Source of the DNA: Balanoglossus misakiensis
Lineage: Eukaryota; Animalia; Hemichordata
NCBI GenBank assembly: GCA_040954595.2
Contig: CM082593.2
Coordinates: 7,166,043 to 7,230,042 of the forward strand
Direction: 5' to 3'
Length of the DNA: 64,000 nucleotides
Shown here: positions 36,801 to 48,800 of the stretch, piece after piece
Layout of the letters: every line of letters begins with the position of its first letter
Numbering within the stretch: the first letter of the stretch is position 1
Made by a program: the position numbers and the translations under genes
The notes under the pieces: model-generated
Told to the model about the DNA's origin: nothing
Seen by the model: only the letters and a program-made list of their open reading frames with translations
Database searches by the model: none

Positions 36801-39800
36801 TGATTGAAATCACTTTCTGAGAATATTCTCTTTTTAAGCTGTCCCTCAATCTGATTAAAAATCATATATGGGTTACGGCGATGTCTTTTACTTCTGCTGT
36901 GTGGTGAATTCTCCTGTTCTGTCGCCTGACACTGCATAGAGAATGCCCCGCAGTGCAAGTAAAAGTCGTCTCTGTACCCTACATCTGATTTTGATCAGAT
37001 TGGCTGCCCCTGTACATATACCTGGTCTGTGTTCCTTCCATCAGTTTCATTCTGTTTAACTGGTAAAACAGTTATAGTATACATGTACTTGATATGCACG
37101 AGTGCCCCCTGGGAAAATCAGACTCTAAAAAAAACACCCCCTAAAACGATGACAGGTGATAGTTTTCAAGATTTACTCCTGCAAAGGTTGTTTTCTGACC
37201 TCGCGGTGTCTGTTGACACAACTTTTTCCGGGGATGTTGAGAAAACCGGCAACTTGATTTCCCGCTGTTTTGAATCGGTGTTTGATAAAGTGTGAAATAT
37301 GAGTTTCCAGACCGGCCGTTGTTTGTAAAATACAGCGGTGTTGTTTTCTTTCCCCAACAGAAAACAAGGTATCAAAGTGCCAGATATTGGTGGTGTTTCT
37401 CAGACTTTTTTCCCTTTATTATTAAACATGTTCGCTTGCTGTGTATATTTGATATGTGTGTGCAAACGCGGAGAAACAATTACAAGTTCTGAAATTCATA
37501 TCAGAAAGCTCCGTTCGATTCTACTTTTTGGGAAGATGGCAATTGATTCTAGTGGAGCCAGTACTGGTCCTGTAGGGGATGGAAAGATCACAAATTGTCG
37601 GCCGATATATCTCTGATTTCTGCTAGAGAGCGTGACCGACAAGTCAGATTTGAGCTGATCTATGGACCGAAATCCAAATAAACAGTTTGAAATTATCCCC
37701 CAGGAACGGGGTCTATTGAAACAAAACATAAACATTTTCATGTACGGCAGCCAGGAGGTGCCACTTGAAAGAGTGCTAATGGAGTCTGAGGAAAATCAGA
37801 GACTGCAGTCGGGCTATTTTCTGTAAAACTATCGGTCTGCTTTGATGTGTGAAAAGGGGCGATTTTGAACATCCATCATCTGTAGGGGTGCATGAAGATT
37901 GTAGCTATTATTTGATGCATTGGTGTTTGATATTTCCGAGTCAGATAGCTGTTACGATAATTATTTAGATGAAACATCATGACATGTGAAAAGTAACCTT
38001 GGGAAGTCAATCCAATGCTTTACTGGGAACATAACAGTGGAAAATAGATATTATAAACTGAAAGGCAGAGGTAATAAAATTTCTGACAACTGTTGTTGGA
38101 CGGAGGCCAACATAATCCATGCATTTCAGTTTGAGTAAATCTTACTGCAGATTCAAAGAGTGTAAAATCATTAAAATGAACATGTAAGACCACGCTTCAA
38201 ACTTCTGCGAAATGCATCTCTCCAAACTCACTAAACCCGAGAAATGCTGTCTGTCAGACTTTAAAATAAGCTAGCTTTCTTTGCCAATATTTCTTCTTTC
38301 CCTCAGACACAGAAATCCAGCATGGCATAGGTATACATGTATCTATGATATCTGACATCAAACATGGTTCTGACTTTTACTGTATAGTTATTAATTTCCT
38401 TTCAAGAGCTTATAGATTTAAATTCAGGATATTAACGTACATCACTGTCATTTTTTCTCTGTCTTCAGAATAACGCCATGTGGCAGAACGACCCCTGTAG
38501 CATATGTAGCTGTCAGAACGATGTAGTCATTTGTGATAGAACGCAGTGCCAAGCCCCATCCTGCCAATTTGACAAGGTAAGTGTTTTGGGAAAATTTCTA
38601 CAACTTTTTTTCTTGACCTCGGTGGCTTGACATTGCACAGGCGTAAGTCAGAGGCTGTCTGCTAGATTCAGTCTCTTGTGTTTTCGATTTTCTGGGAAAG
38701 TGCAATCAATTTCAGTGCACCATAGGAACAGCAGCTGGAATTCCTGAACATATTTTTTTGAGAATTTTTGTTCCGTATATTAAAGCCCCAGTAACTCCAA
38801 CTTTGGGCTAATTTTTGCTGTATTTTCTTCCATGTATCAACTCAGTTTTCTTGCTCTACTGTGAATAGGTTTATGAAATGTTCAGACTTTACCTTCTCAA
38901 ATACAAAATGTACAGCCCAAAGCTAAGAGTTACTGGAATCTTTAAAGGGACAACACCGCTTACTTTTGGCATTATTTGAGTTATTTTCTTTTTGTAAACT
39001 GTTTGTGTTGCTGTGCTCCCAAAAACATACTGATTGACCGATAGACTCTCTCACAGCCCACGGTTCGCTGCAAGGCTCTTCACTGACGCGGTGTTGGCGG
39101 GCACACATGCAATCAGTCCATAAGCCTGCATGGACGACGGGAGGGGCTGTGAGAGAGTCTAATTGACCGATTGCTTCAACTCAACTCACACTGTACATGG
39201 GTGTAATGTGAGAATTCTTCACTGATCCCAGAATAATCTAAGAATAAAAGCATGGATGGAACATGTCAAGAGAACTTGGCGAATAACAGAAAGGAAAACC
39301 GGCTCGGAAGATGTCAATGATCGGTCACCAAGGCGCCTGTGTTCAAAAGGGTTAATAATATGGCAAGGCCAGCATTGAAGTGATTTTGTGTTTTTGCTTT
39401 TTTTTCAGGGTGAAAGCCTTCTTATTTTACCTAATCAATGTTGTCCTGTATGTGTAGAAAGTCATGGTTCTTGTGAATATAAAAATGAAATTTTTGGGGT
39501 AAGTTGATGTTTTGTTTTTTAAATTTTTGACCAATTCAAAAAGACTAATGCTAATGTAGTGTATCAGATCACTGGAAATTTTAAAACACACAACAGTATC
39601 AGAACATTTTGACCATATATGGACACATGCAAAAATAGTTTTCCTTTAAAAAATAATTTTCAATTTCTTTCTTTTTCAGCATAACACAGAGTGGGAATCA
39701 AACTGTGAAACATGTTCCTGTTTTAATGGCGTCGTAGAATGCCGTAATAAAAGTTGTCGCGGCACGAGATGTCGAAGTGGGCAAATTTTACACCAAACTG

Positions 39801-42800
39801 ACGGAGACTGCTGCCCTAAGTGTATATCTGTTGGTAGTAAGTACAGCTATGTTACTTCATGGACACTGTCATGACAAATTTTCAAATTTTTGTTGATGTT
39901 ATTTTGTCTACCTGTAGGCGGAGATTTCTTTATCAGAGTTGATCAATTTTAACAGTTGTGCATATTTTTGCGTTATCTTCCAATAATTTTTATCTTTTTC
40001 TGTTTTTTGTTTGTTTAATTTTTGAACTCTAAAGTATTAAAAACCATCACTGATGAATTAAAAGTTTTACGTCAGAAAGGGTGATACTGATAGGCTGATT
40101 GACTAGGTGACTGGGCACTTTCACAGATATTAAGCCAATCAGATCATCTCTTTCAGACTTCAACGTTTTGAGGTGATTTTCCAGTGATGTAGCATTTCAT
40201 TTCTTCTTGATCAGGGTCGTGTAGTTACGGCGGTGTTAATTACAGAGATGGTAGCGTGTGGAGTCCAGTGCCTTGCTCGGAGTGTACGTGTGAAGATGGC
40301 AACGCCCAGTGTTCGGTGGCTGACTGTCCGCCGGTTATATGCGGTCAGGTACGTTCAAAAAATCCAACTCGCCTCACATGCGGTTTGAGAGTACTGTAAA
40401 ACACTTTATTTTCGCGATTTGAAATTTTCGCTATAGCGAGAGAGGCCACTGTTTCGCGAGTATTAATTTTCGGGTTCTCTTATTTCATTCACTGCACCGT
40501 TATCTTTAAAAAAAAATTACGCGACTTTTTATATTCTCGCTATTTTGGCGCTCGCGTATTTCGCGAAAATTTATTGCTCGTGAAAATAAAGTGTTTTACA
40601 GTATACCTCGTCTGTACCGATTGTCGATGAGTGAAATTGGTTTGTCAAGAATGAGTAAATTGAAATACATATTTGAAAACTCGGTTGACAGTTAGAAAGA
40701 CACCAAAGTGAGATTTGTATGGCTTCATCTGCAGAGCATAGCAGTGACACAGTGTATTTCTAAGAAATCTGTGGGTTTTTCTAAGAAATCTGTTTTTTCT
40801 AAGAAATCTAGGGGTTGGAAGAAATGTGCTGCAATGAAATTGGAATTAAATCTTGATATTTGTCATCCTTAGGATGTAAAATTTTTATTTAATTTTTACT
40901 TTACTGTTTCTTTTATAATTTCTTTTAGTATGAGAGGGAGGTTGTCAAAGATGGGAAGTGTTGTCCGGAATGCGTTGGTGCCGCCTGTACAGATGATGGC
41001 CAAACTTACGAGGTAAAGTTGTACTTACTGATTTTTGGGATTTTGCAGCTCTGCGGTCTAACCACAAAACTGAAAACACTAATAAACAACTTGAACTTGA
41101 TAGTGGCCATGCCCAGATGTGGGTGCAAGATAGTGTATCTGATAGGGACTGGTTTAGCGTAGATTGATCAAAACTGGCGCTGGACTGCGTGGGGATGTTT
41201 TCAAGGACACCCCTGGGAAGATGAAGCCACTTGCAAGCATGTCACGGAGTGGGACGGAATTCAGGAATGCCTTTCCCTGCCGTTGATCGGAAACCATTCC
41301 AGCCTTCGAATTCATTGGATTTTTCATCGGAATCCTACACCTGGACCAATATGCAAAGTTGCCCTGATCTTCACAGACACACACAAAAACTTGACTCTAA
41401 AAGTATACCAAGAAAATGTTTTTTTTTCACATTAATGGAGAAAATTAATTGTTTACGTCTAATTAATAAACACACCCTGGTTTCTGCTGTTCTGTGGTAT
41501 CAAAAAGAAGCTTGTTGTTGTAAACTTGATTACTTCTAATTGATGTTTATCGTGTCTGAAGAGATAAGCTTGGACATAATTGGACCGATTAGGCAGTGCA
41601 AATAATTATCACTGTTGGGAATGACCGAAGTTGTGGCACTTTCGCATAAATGGATTCGTAAATAATTTACTTCATCGTGTATCGGTTGAGAAAACAGAAG
41701 CCACTGCCGCCCTTTGTCTGATTAATGTCCATGCTGGGCTGTAATTGGTTGTCAATGTTGGTGGGCCATTTTGGTTCAGTTTCTTATCTGTTGATGCCAT
41801 CTGGGTTCAAATCGTGGGAATCGGCGCGACAGTTGGTGATTCTTGATCTTTGGTGGTTTTTGAGGGCCTGCGTGCCGGGAGGGAGGGGGGGGGGTCTGGT
41901 GTAGCCTCTGCCAAACCAGTGTTATTCTTGACTAATTTCTGGGTGTTTGAAACTGCAACTATGTTGCAAAATAGAACGTTTCCTAAAAATTCGTAAAACT
42001 TAAATTTCTGAGCCTATCTTTGAAACAGGAAGGAAACAGAGGATGCTTTAATAAAGACATTTGAACAGATTGGAACTTGGCACGTTGCCACACATGGTTT
42101 CCCTGTATTTTGACATCAGAGATGTGTAGATTCCAAACAGTAAAAACAAGACATATAATCTAAAAGGAAACACATTGGAATTATTTCCCCAGTGAAATAA
42201 TATCATTCATTGAGAAATATTCAATGACGCTATGTAAATACCACCCACTTTGCAGAAACTTTTGAACCTTTTATCAATTAAGAAAAAGTCTAAAACTGAT
42301 TTTTGGTTGAGAAGCCATTCACGCACCTATCAATGTACATGTACATCATTCTGATTTCAACTTGGAAAACAATTTAATGTAACCAGACTTCAGCCTATGT
42401 AAGAAGATTTGGGTGGAATAGCTCTAATCAAATAAATAGATGAAATAATAGAACACAGAATCTTCCCTCTCAAATTTTGTTACTTCTGACCCATTTACCC
42501 ACGCCACAAACCAAGATGAGCAACGTAAATGCTTTGTCAATGAAAATTGATCGTCATATTTGCATTTTTGTCACAGGATGGCCATCAATGGCAGAGAGAT
42601 GCCTGCACACAGTGCATATGCCAGGCTGGCGTCTCATTCTGTCAACCAATAACATGCGAAGACAGTGTAGTCTGCCAAGCGGTAAGTACCTTTATGTCAT
42701 GATATCTAGAAGTGAAATAGAATGTACCTCAGGAAGTTGGCAGCAAACTCACAAAAGATGACATTTACACTGTCTTGTATTTTATGCTTTTTATCGATCA

Positions 42801-45800
42801 GGATGAACAGAAGGTCACAAGACCAGGCCTGTGCTGTCCGGAGTGTGTCTCTTCAAAAGGTACAGGAAAAAACAATTTGATTTCCTAGAGGGAGGGGATT
42901 GGAGGACTTCTGAAAAAAAATATCGGTGGCGCTGTGTATTTCTATTGCTTGTATTTGCTGGAAGTCTCTATACAGCACCTGACTGTAGTGTGAACAAGGC
43001 ATGATTCCAGCTGTTAAGAAAATATCCTCTATTCTCACACATTCGGTTATTGGCAAGACATTCTTAATTTTGTTATAAAAATTCCCATTTTTTTTCTAAA
43101 TGCTTCTACAAACTCCTTTGGATCTACCCTCATAGCATCCTGTGATTATGACGACAAGACATGGTACCATGGCGACATGTGGAACATCTCGGCGTGTGAA
43201 TACTGCATATGTGATGTTGGACGAGTAACCTGCTCTATGGCGGAGTGTTCGAAAATGGAATGTGAAGATGTGAGTAATATAGTTATTTCTTCTGCAGAAA
43301 TAGGATTATCCCCTTAAGTATCCTCTTCAGAAGGAGGATTTCTCTGGATTAAGACTACATGTATATACTGTTGGATCTATTGTTTGAGGCTGAAATTCCA
43401 AATCAATTGTTCCGTTTATTAATTTTTCTCGTCTACTTAAAATTTCAGTGCTTCATATTGTAGCCCTAGAAAACATTAAATTATGTGTCGTTGACACTGC
43501 AAAATTTGCTTAAAATTGTTAAAGTTAAACAGAGCTGTTTTATTGCCAAATGCAGGAGTTGTATTCATTTGAAGAAACAACGTGAAATTTCTCTTCCAAA
43601 CAGGGTAAAGTGCTGGAAAAAAGGGAAGGCCATTGCTGTCTGCAGTGTTCCACACCATCTGGGTATTGTGTGTATGATAGGAGAACATACAGAGTAAGTT
43701 TTTTATAATTGAAAATAATTTTTTATAAATTATCCACGTCTGTAATTGCAGTCCATGAATGAATAACGATTGCCTTGTTGGGTGTTAGTGATATTTCATC
43801 ATATATAAGTTGATAGTAGAGATGTTCATGTTATTAAATTTTACATCATTTTCAAATGATCGTATCATTGCTAGGCAGTATGTTGCAGTCGTCTTTGTTT
43901 GCAGCAACGTAAGTGTGCCATAAAGACCTTTTGTTTCGTGTGGCGCAGTCTCCGTCATAAATACTCACAAATGCTCAGTTTCTAGACTTGAATGCTGAGA
44001 ATAGTAAAGTGAGTTTATTCTCTACCGGTACTGTACTGAACAAATCTAAGTTAACAAACATTGTAATTTTTGTTTGTTACGTAGAATGGTGATGATTGGT
44101 CGCCGGACTCCTGTCGTATTTGTCACTGTACGTCTGGTGAAGTGAGTTGCTTTCGACGATCCTGTCTTCCATGTCAACAGGGAACTATTGAACAAACTGT
44201 TAAGGGCGAGTGCTGTCCAATTTGCAAGCCAGGTAAAATATTTCAGTTATGTTCAAAATCTTTGCTTCAGGTTTATTCTAAGTATGCCAAAAGTTTATAA
44301 TTGATTTCTGTAGTTTACTTCATGTTGATTGGTCAGCTACTGTCACATGGTTGGTCGATGAAGTGGTTAATTTTGTCATGTGACTATAGGCAGCCATAGC
44401 AACCAATCTGAGAAAAAATGTCAGACTTTCGCAAGTTGTCTAAATAATGTGTTTTGAATCTTGATTCATGATTTCAGACCATTACTTTTTTACAAATAGG
44501 AAACATATGCTAACCCCAAAACATGCAGTGGGAGTGTGGTTACATGCACCACTTGGAAACCTGTAGTATACCTGTGCTGTTCAACTTTATAGACTTCCTC
44601 CTTTATGAATCTCTTGTTATTCTTTTGCAGTGACTTGTAGTAACGATTGCATAGGTTGTGATAGTAGAGGCTGTTTGCAGTGTAGGGATGGTACGAAACT
44701 GTTTGAAGATGGACGATGCGTGGAGAGATGCAGTCAGGGATTCTATCAAACCGATGAAAGGTCCTGCCAAGGTGAGTTTGCATAAAAATTGAATAAAATA
44801 CAGAACTATTGTGTGGTCCGGTTAGATTTAGAAATTGAGGGAAAATTTCTATGTTAACCACAAGATTTGCTCAACTGGCCTTACTTCCTGCCATAAGGTA
44901 CCATGATGTAACGATTTTGATCAGAATTTTTGCAGTTAGGTCAACTCACTTCTGTCACTATGCATTCATGTTTTGCAGGATGTCATCCGACGTGTGCAGA
45001 ATGCAGCGATGGAACCGAATATCATTGTACAGTGTGTCATGAAGGGGCAGTTTTGAAATATGGCCAGTGTGTCCTTGATTGCGGTCCCGGCTTCTTCCAG
45101 AAAGAAACAGAATGTTTTGGTAGGTTTTATGCTGAAGACTGTTTCTCTCTGCAATTGAGGTGGTATACGACCCAACAAAATATTTTTTAAAGAAATATAA
45201 CATGATTTTTACAGTATTGAAAAAAATTGCTTTTTGGAACTGGAATATCTTTCTCTCCATTGCAGCATGCCACGATTCTTGTCTTGAATGCGTTGGACCA
45301 AAGAAATCACAGTGTCTGACCTGCACCAACACGACAAATCTGATCAGACGACAGAAATGTGTCGATTCTTGTGGTGTTGGTTTCTACAGCAAAGATGGAT
45401 TCTGTCTCGGTAAGCAGAACGGGAAAGATTGATCTCTTGTGTGGCATTTATATGTAGTTTTGACAATTGCGGAAAAAATGTCGGAAATATGTATTTTATT
45501 TCTGGTTATTTTTAACTTCAAACTACATGTAGTGTGTAATCCACTATCAATGCAAAATGTCTGCCTGAGAAAAGTATATTGATCTTTTCTGACACTGAGG
45601 GAAGCACGTAATCATTCTTGGGAAGAAATAGGGCCAATTTGAGATTTTACTCTTGGAGTTCAAGTGCTTTGTCAGTTTCCGCAAAGATGGTTCTGTGAAT
45701 CAAGTCTCGATAATTTTGCGCAAATTTTTTGCTCGTAAACTGATTCATGCTCAATCGCTCATGTCCTCTGACAGAGTGTGACCCGTCGTGTGCGACCTGC

Positions 45801-48800
45801 GAGTACGACAGCCCACGCTGCATCAGCTGCATGGCCGGAGAGTTTCTCCAAAATGGCGTCTGTGTGTCTAGCTGTCGGTCGGGATTTTTTCAACTTGATG
45901 ACCAATATTGCGAAGGTGGGAAATTGTCATCAAAATATTAATCTGATGGCATTTGATGTCAAAGAACACTTATTTGGTGTTTTGTTATGTTGTGTTTGTC
46001 TTAGTATGATACATGTATATGAAAGAAAGTCAAGAACCAGATATAAATGCTATAAAAGAATATTTTTTCAATGCTTAAGCATATTTCTTTGATATATCGT
46101 AAAGTGTAACAGCATATATCTGCAAAAAATGATAAAATCTTTATTTCACATTATTTGAGGTTTTTTGAGTAAAATGTTTGCATCATCTTGTTTCAGCCTG
46201 TCACTCCTCCTGTGCAGAGTGCAGTGGTCCGGGTAAAATAGAGTGTACTTCGTGCCAGAATAGCCATGTTTTACTGAACGGCATGTGTTTGTCAGGCTGT
46301 AGTGATGGATTCCATAGCACCTCTGGAATCTGTTACGGTAAGAATCATTCGAGGTTTCACATTTGTGGAAATTTTTATTCCAAGTGGTTTTTGAACAGTA
46401 ATGTGAAATGATCAATCTTGTACTGATGTCGTAACGAAGTCAATATTAATTAAAGTGGTAAGATATTTTACCATCTATGAAACTCACACCTACTGTGTGC
46501 TCCAAAATTTTACAAAAAACAAACTCATGACTGCATGAGTATCATTATTGTATTCAGATTATGCTTCATATATGGTTTATAGTGAATTATCTTTGTCAGC
46601 TCATAACTTGAAAGTGGTTAGATTGTTCACGACTAAGATATAAAAAGACTTGCATTAAACTTTTAGTATTATACATGTAGTTATTTCCTTTATATACTAA
46701 TGTTATGACCAGCTTGAGAGACTTTGTAGTCTGCATGATTTTTTCCCCCACCAAGTTAAAAGTTTCTTTTGTTTCATTATTTCTTTGCTGGAATTGCATG
46801 CTGCATCCATCTTTAGCATTTTGTAAGTTTTCACATTCTTGCTTTGCTTTTGTTTTTGCTTCTGTTTTTGGTCTGCTCGACCCGCAGTCACGTTTGCAGT
46901 GGTCTCGCACTTGTCACTGAATAAAGGGGAACATTCAGTGTGGTTGGTTTTGTCATAGATGTCTGTTTTAAGGATTTTGCAAGGATATAAAGTTTCTGTC
47001 CAAAAACCACACACATGTGAAATAGCACTGATCACATGACCTTTGACAGAAAGCCAGTAGAATTGTGGGTAAAGGGCTCTTACTCCCACTAAAGGTCACA
47101 TGGTAGAGTGCTATTCACACAGTTCAAATTACATGAAAATTCTGAGGTCCTTAAAAAGCAACTCTCTAGAAGCATTTTGCAAACTTCGACTTATTTTCCC
47201 ATGCCTACAAGAGACAAATCTGACAAAACCAGCCACAACTTTTCTTCCCTTTGGTTGTATTCATTGTCCATCAATCTTTTATTTTGCCGACAATTTTGTG
47301 TGTGTACTAACCCAGCTTTGTTGTAAACATTATATTAGTGCACTGGCTGTGTGTATTTTCGTTTGTATATTGGTTAACTATATTCATTATATTGCAATCC
47401 CAATAACGCAACATCACTGATGTAACACTTGCACATTACAGCGTGCCATTTATCATGTCGGACGTGCGTCGGGCCGGGCAGCGACGACTGTGTTTCCTGT
47501 CTTGACGGTAACCAGGTCGTACAGCCAAGATCACACTACAACAGCAGAACCCATGGCCAATGTGTGCAACAGTGCCGACAGGGCTATTTTGCCAATGAAC
47601 GTGGAATCTGTACTGGTGAGCTGTTTGGACCTTATTGTCTTGTCACGTCCTAAAGTATCAAACTTCATCTTTGTGCTGCGCTGTATTCATCCTAAATGAT
47701 TGTGGAATCTCCACTGGTATTAAGGCCACATTGACTTTTTACACATCATCAATATCATGAAACTTCTTTGAGCTGGCCTGTTCCTTTGGCCATAGTCCAG
47801 GGAGGTGGGAGAAGTGTAGATATGGGACTTAGTCTGTCCATCAATCTATGTGAACTGTAGTGTATCATGACTCACAGACATTGCTAAATAATAGCAAAAA
47901 AAGTGGACTTTTTCTCTTAACTTTTTACAAAACTTGATCAAAGTCATAAGTTATAGTCTTACTTTATGTTAAAACACTAATGTATTCTAGAAAATTATAA
48001 GAAGATTGTCAAAATGTGCAAGTTTTCAGTTTTGAAATATTTAATTTTTTCTTCGTAGCCTGTCACACGACCTGTAAGCGATGCAGTGATACCAGCGTCA
48101 GTGGCTGTCTGGCGTGTTCGTCCCCATTGGTTCTAAATGACGGACACTGTGTACGACAGTGTGGACCAAACCAATATCAAGCCAGGGGTGTTTGTTTTGG
48201 TAAGTACAGAGGGACATCTTTGGTTTCTTGCGAGATGGGAATTTTGGCCTGGCAACATAAATGCTGTAAACTTGAAATGTGGGTATTTTTTATAAAAAGG
48301 GGAAAAATTTCTGTGATAGGCAAATGCTCTGTTATCAGTAAAGCTGTGCAACTGCAGTCAAACCTCTGTATAGTGGCAAGTCAAGGGACTTTCCTAAACT
48401 GGCCTTTATAGAGAGGTGACCTTTATAGAGAGGTTAATTAACACACATGTGAATTGCACAAGGACTGTCACAAAGTGGCCACTATATAGAGTTGACCACT
48501 ATATAGGGGTGGCCACTAACAGGGGTTTTTCTGAACTACATTGTGTAGAATGTCAGATTTGAATCTTTGATAATACACTGATTTGTATCACTTGTTCATC
48601 TATCTCTCAGATTGTCACAGTAGCTGTGAAGGCTGTTTCGGACCCCTCTCCACTGAGTGTACCTCGTGTCACGACCCAGCCAGACTACAGTATGGTGAAT
48701 GTTTGACCAGTTGCCGGGTGTCGGAGTTTCCGTCTGCAGCTGGCTATTGCCAAGGTAACGCACTTTCAGTCTCCTGTAGTATTGACATGCTTGTCTAAAT

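Larger units (their letters stand above)
820..38468 (+). other. Giant phase-0 intron of FRAS1 (37.6 kb)
   Basis: GTAAGT donor at 820 and ttttttctctgtcttcag acceptor at 38468; no recognisable coding sequence inside. Confidence 0.82.

Noticed and set aside
6301-37846. Frequent ATCAAAG/CTTTGAT (TCF-like) sites
   Set aside because: The count by eye is near what AT-rich composition predicts.
820-38468. Dozens of 60-150 aa six-frame ORFs inside the giant intron (possible nested gene)
   Set aside because: No recognisable domains, random composition, and no consistent chain of splice sites on either strand. A nested gene with tiny exons cannot be fully excluded without RNA data.
41163-41448. Stop-free + strand frame of about 95 codons with Trp and Cys residues
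   Set aside because: No VWC cysteine pattern and no good splice sites; the flanking FRAS1 exons already join into a complete domain.
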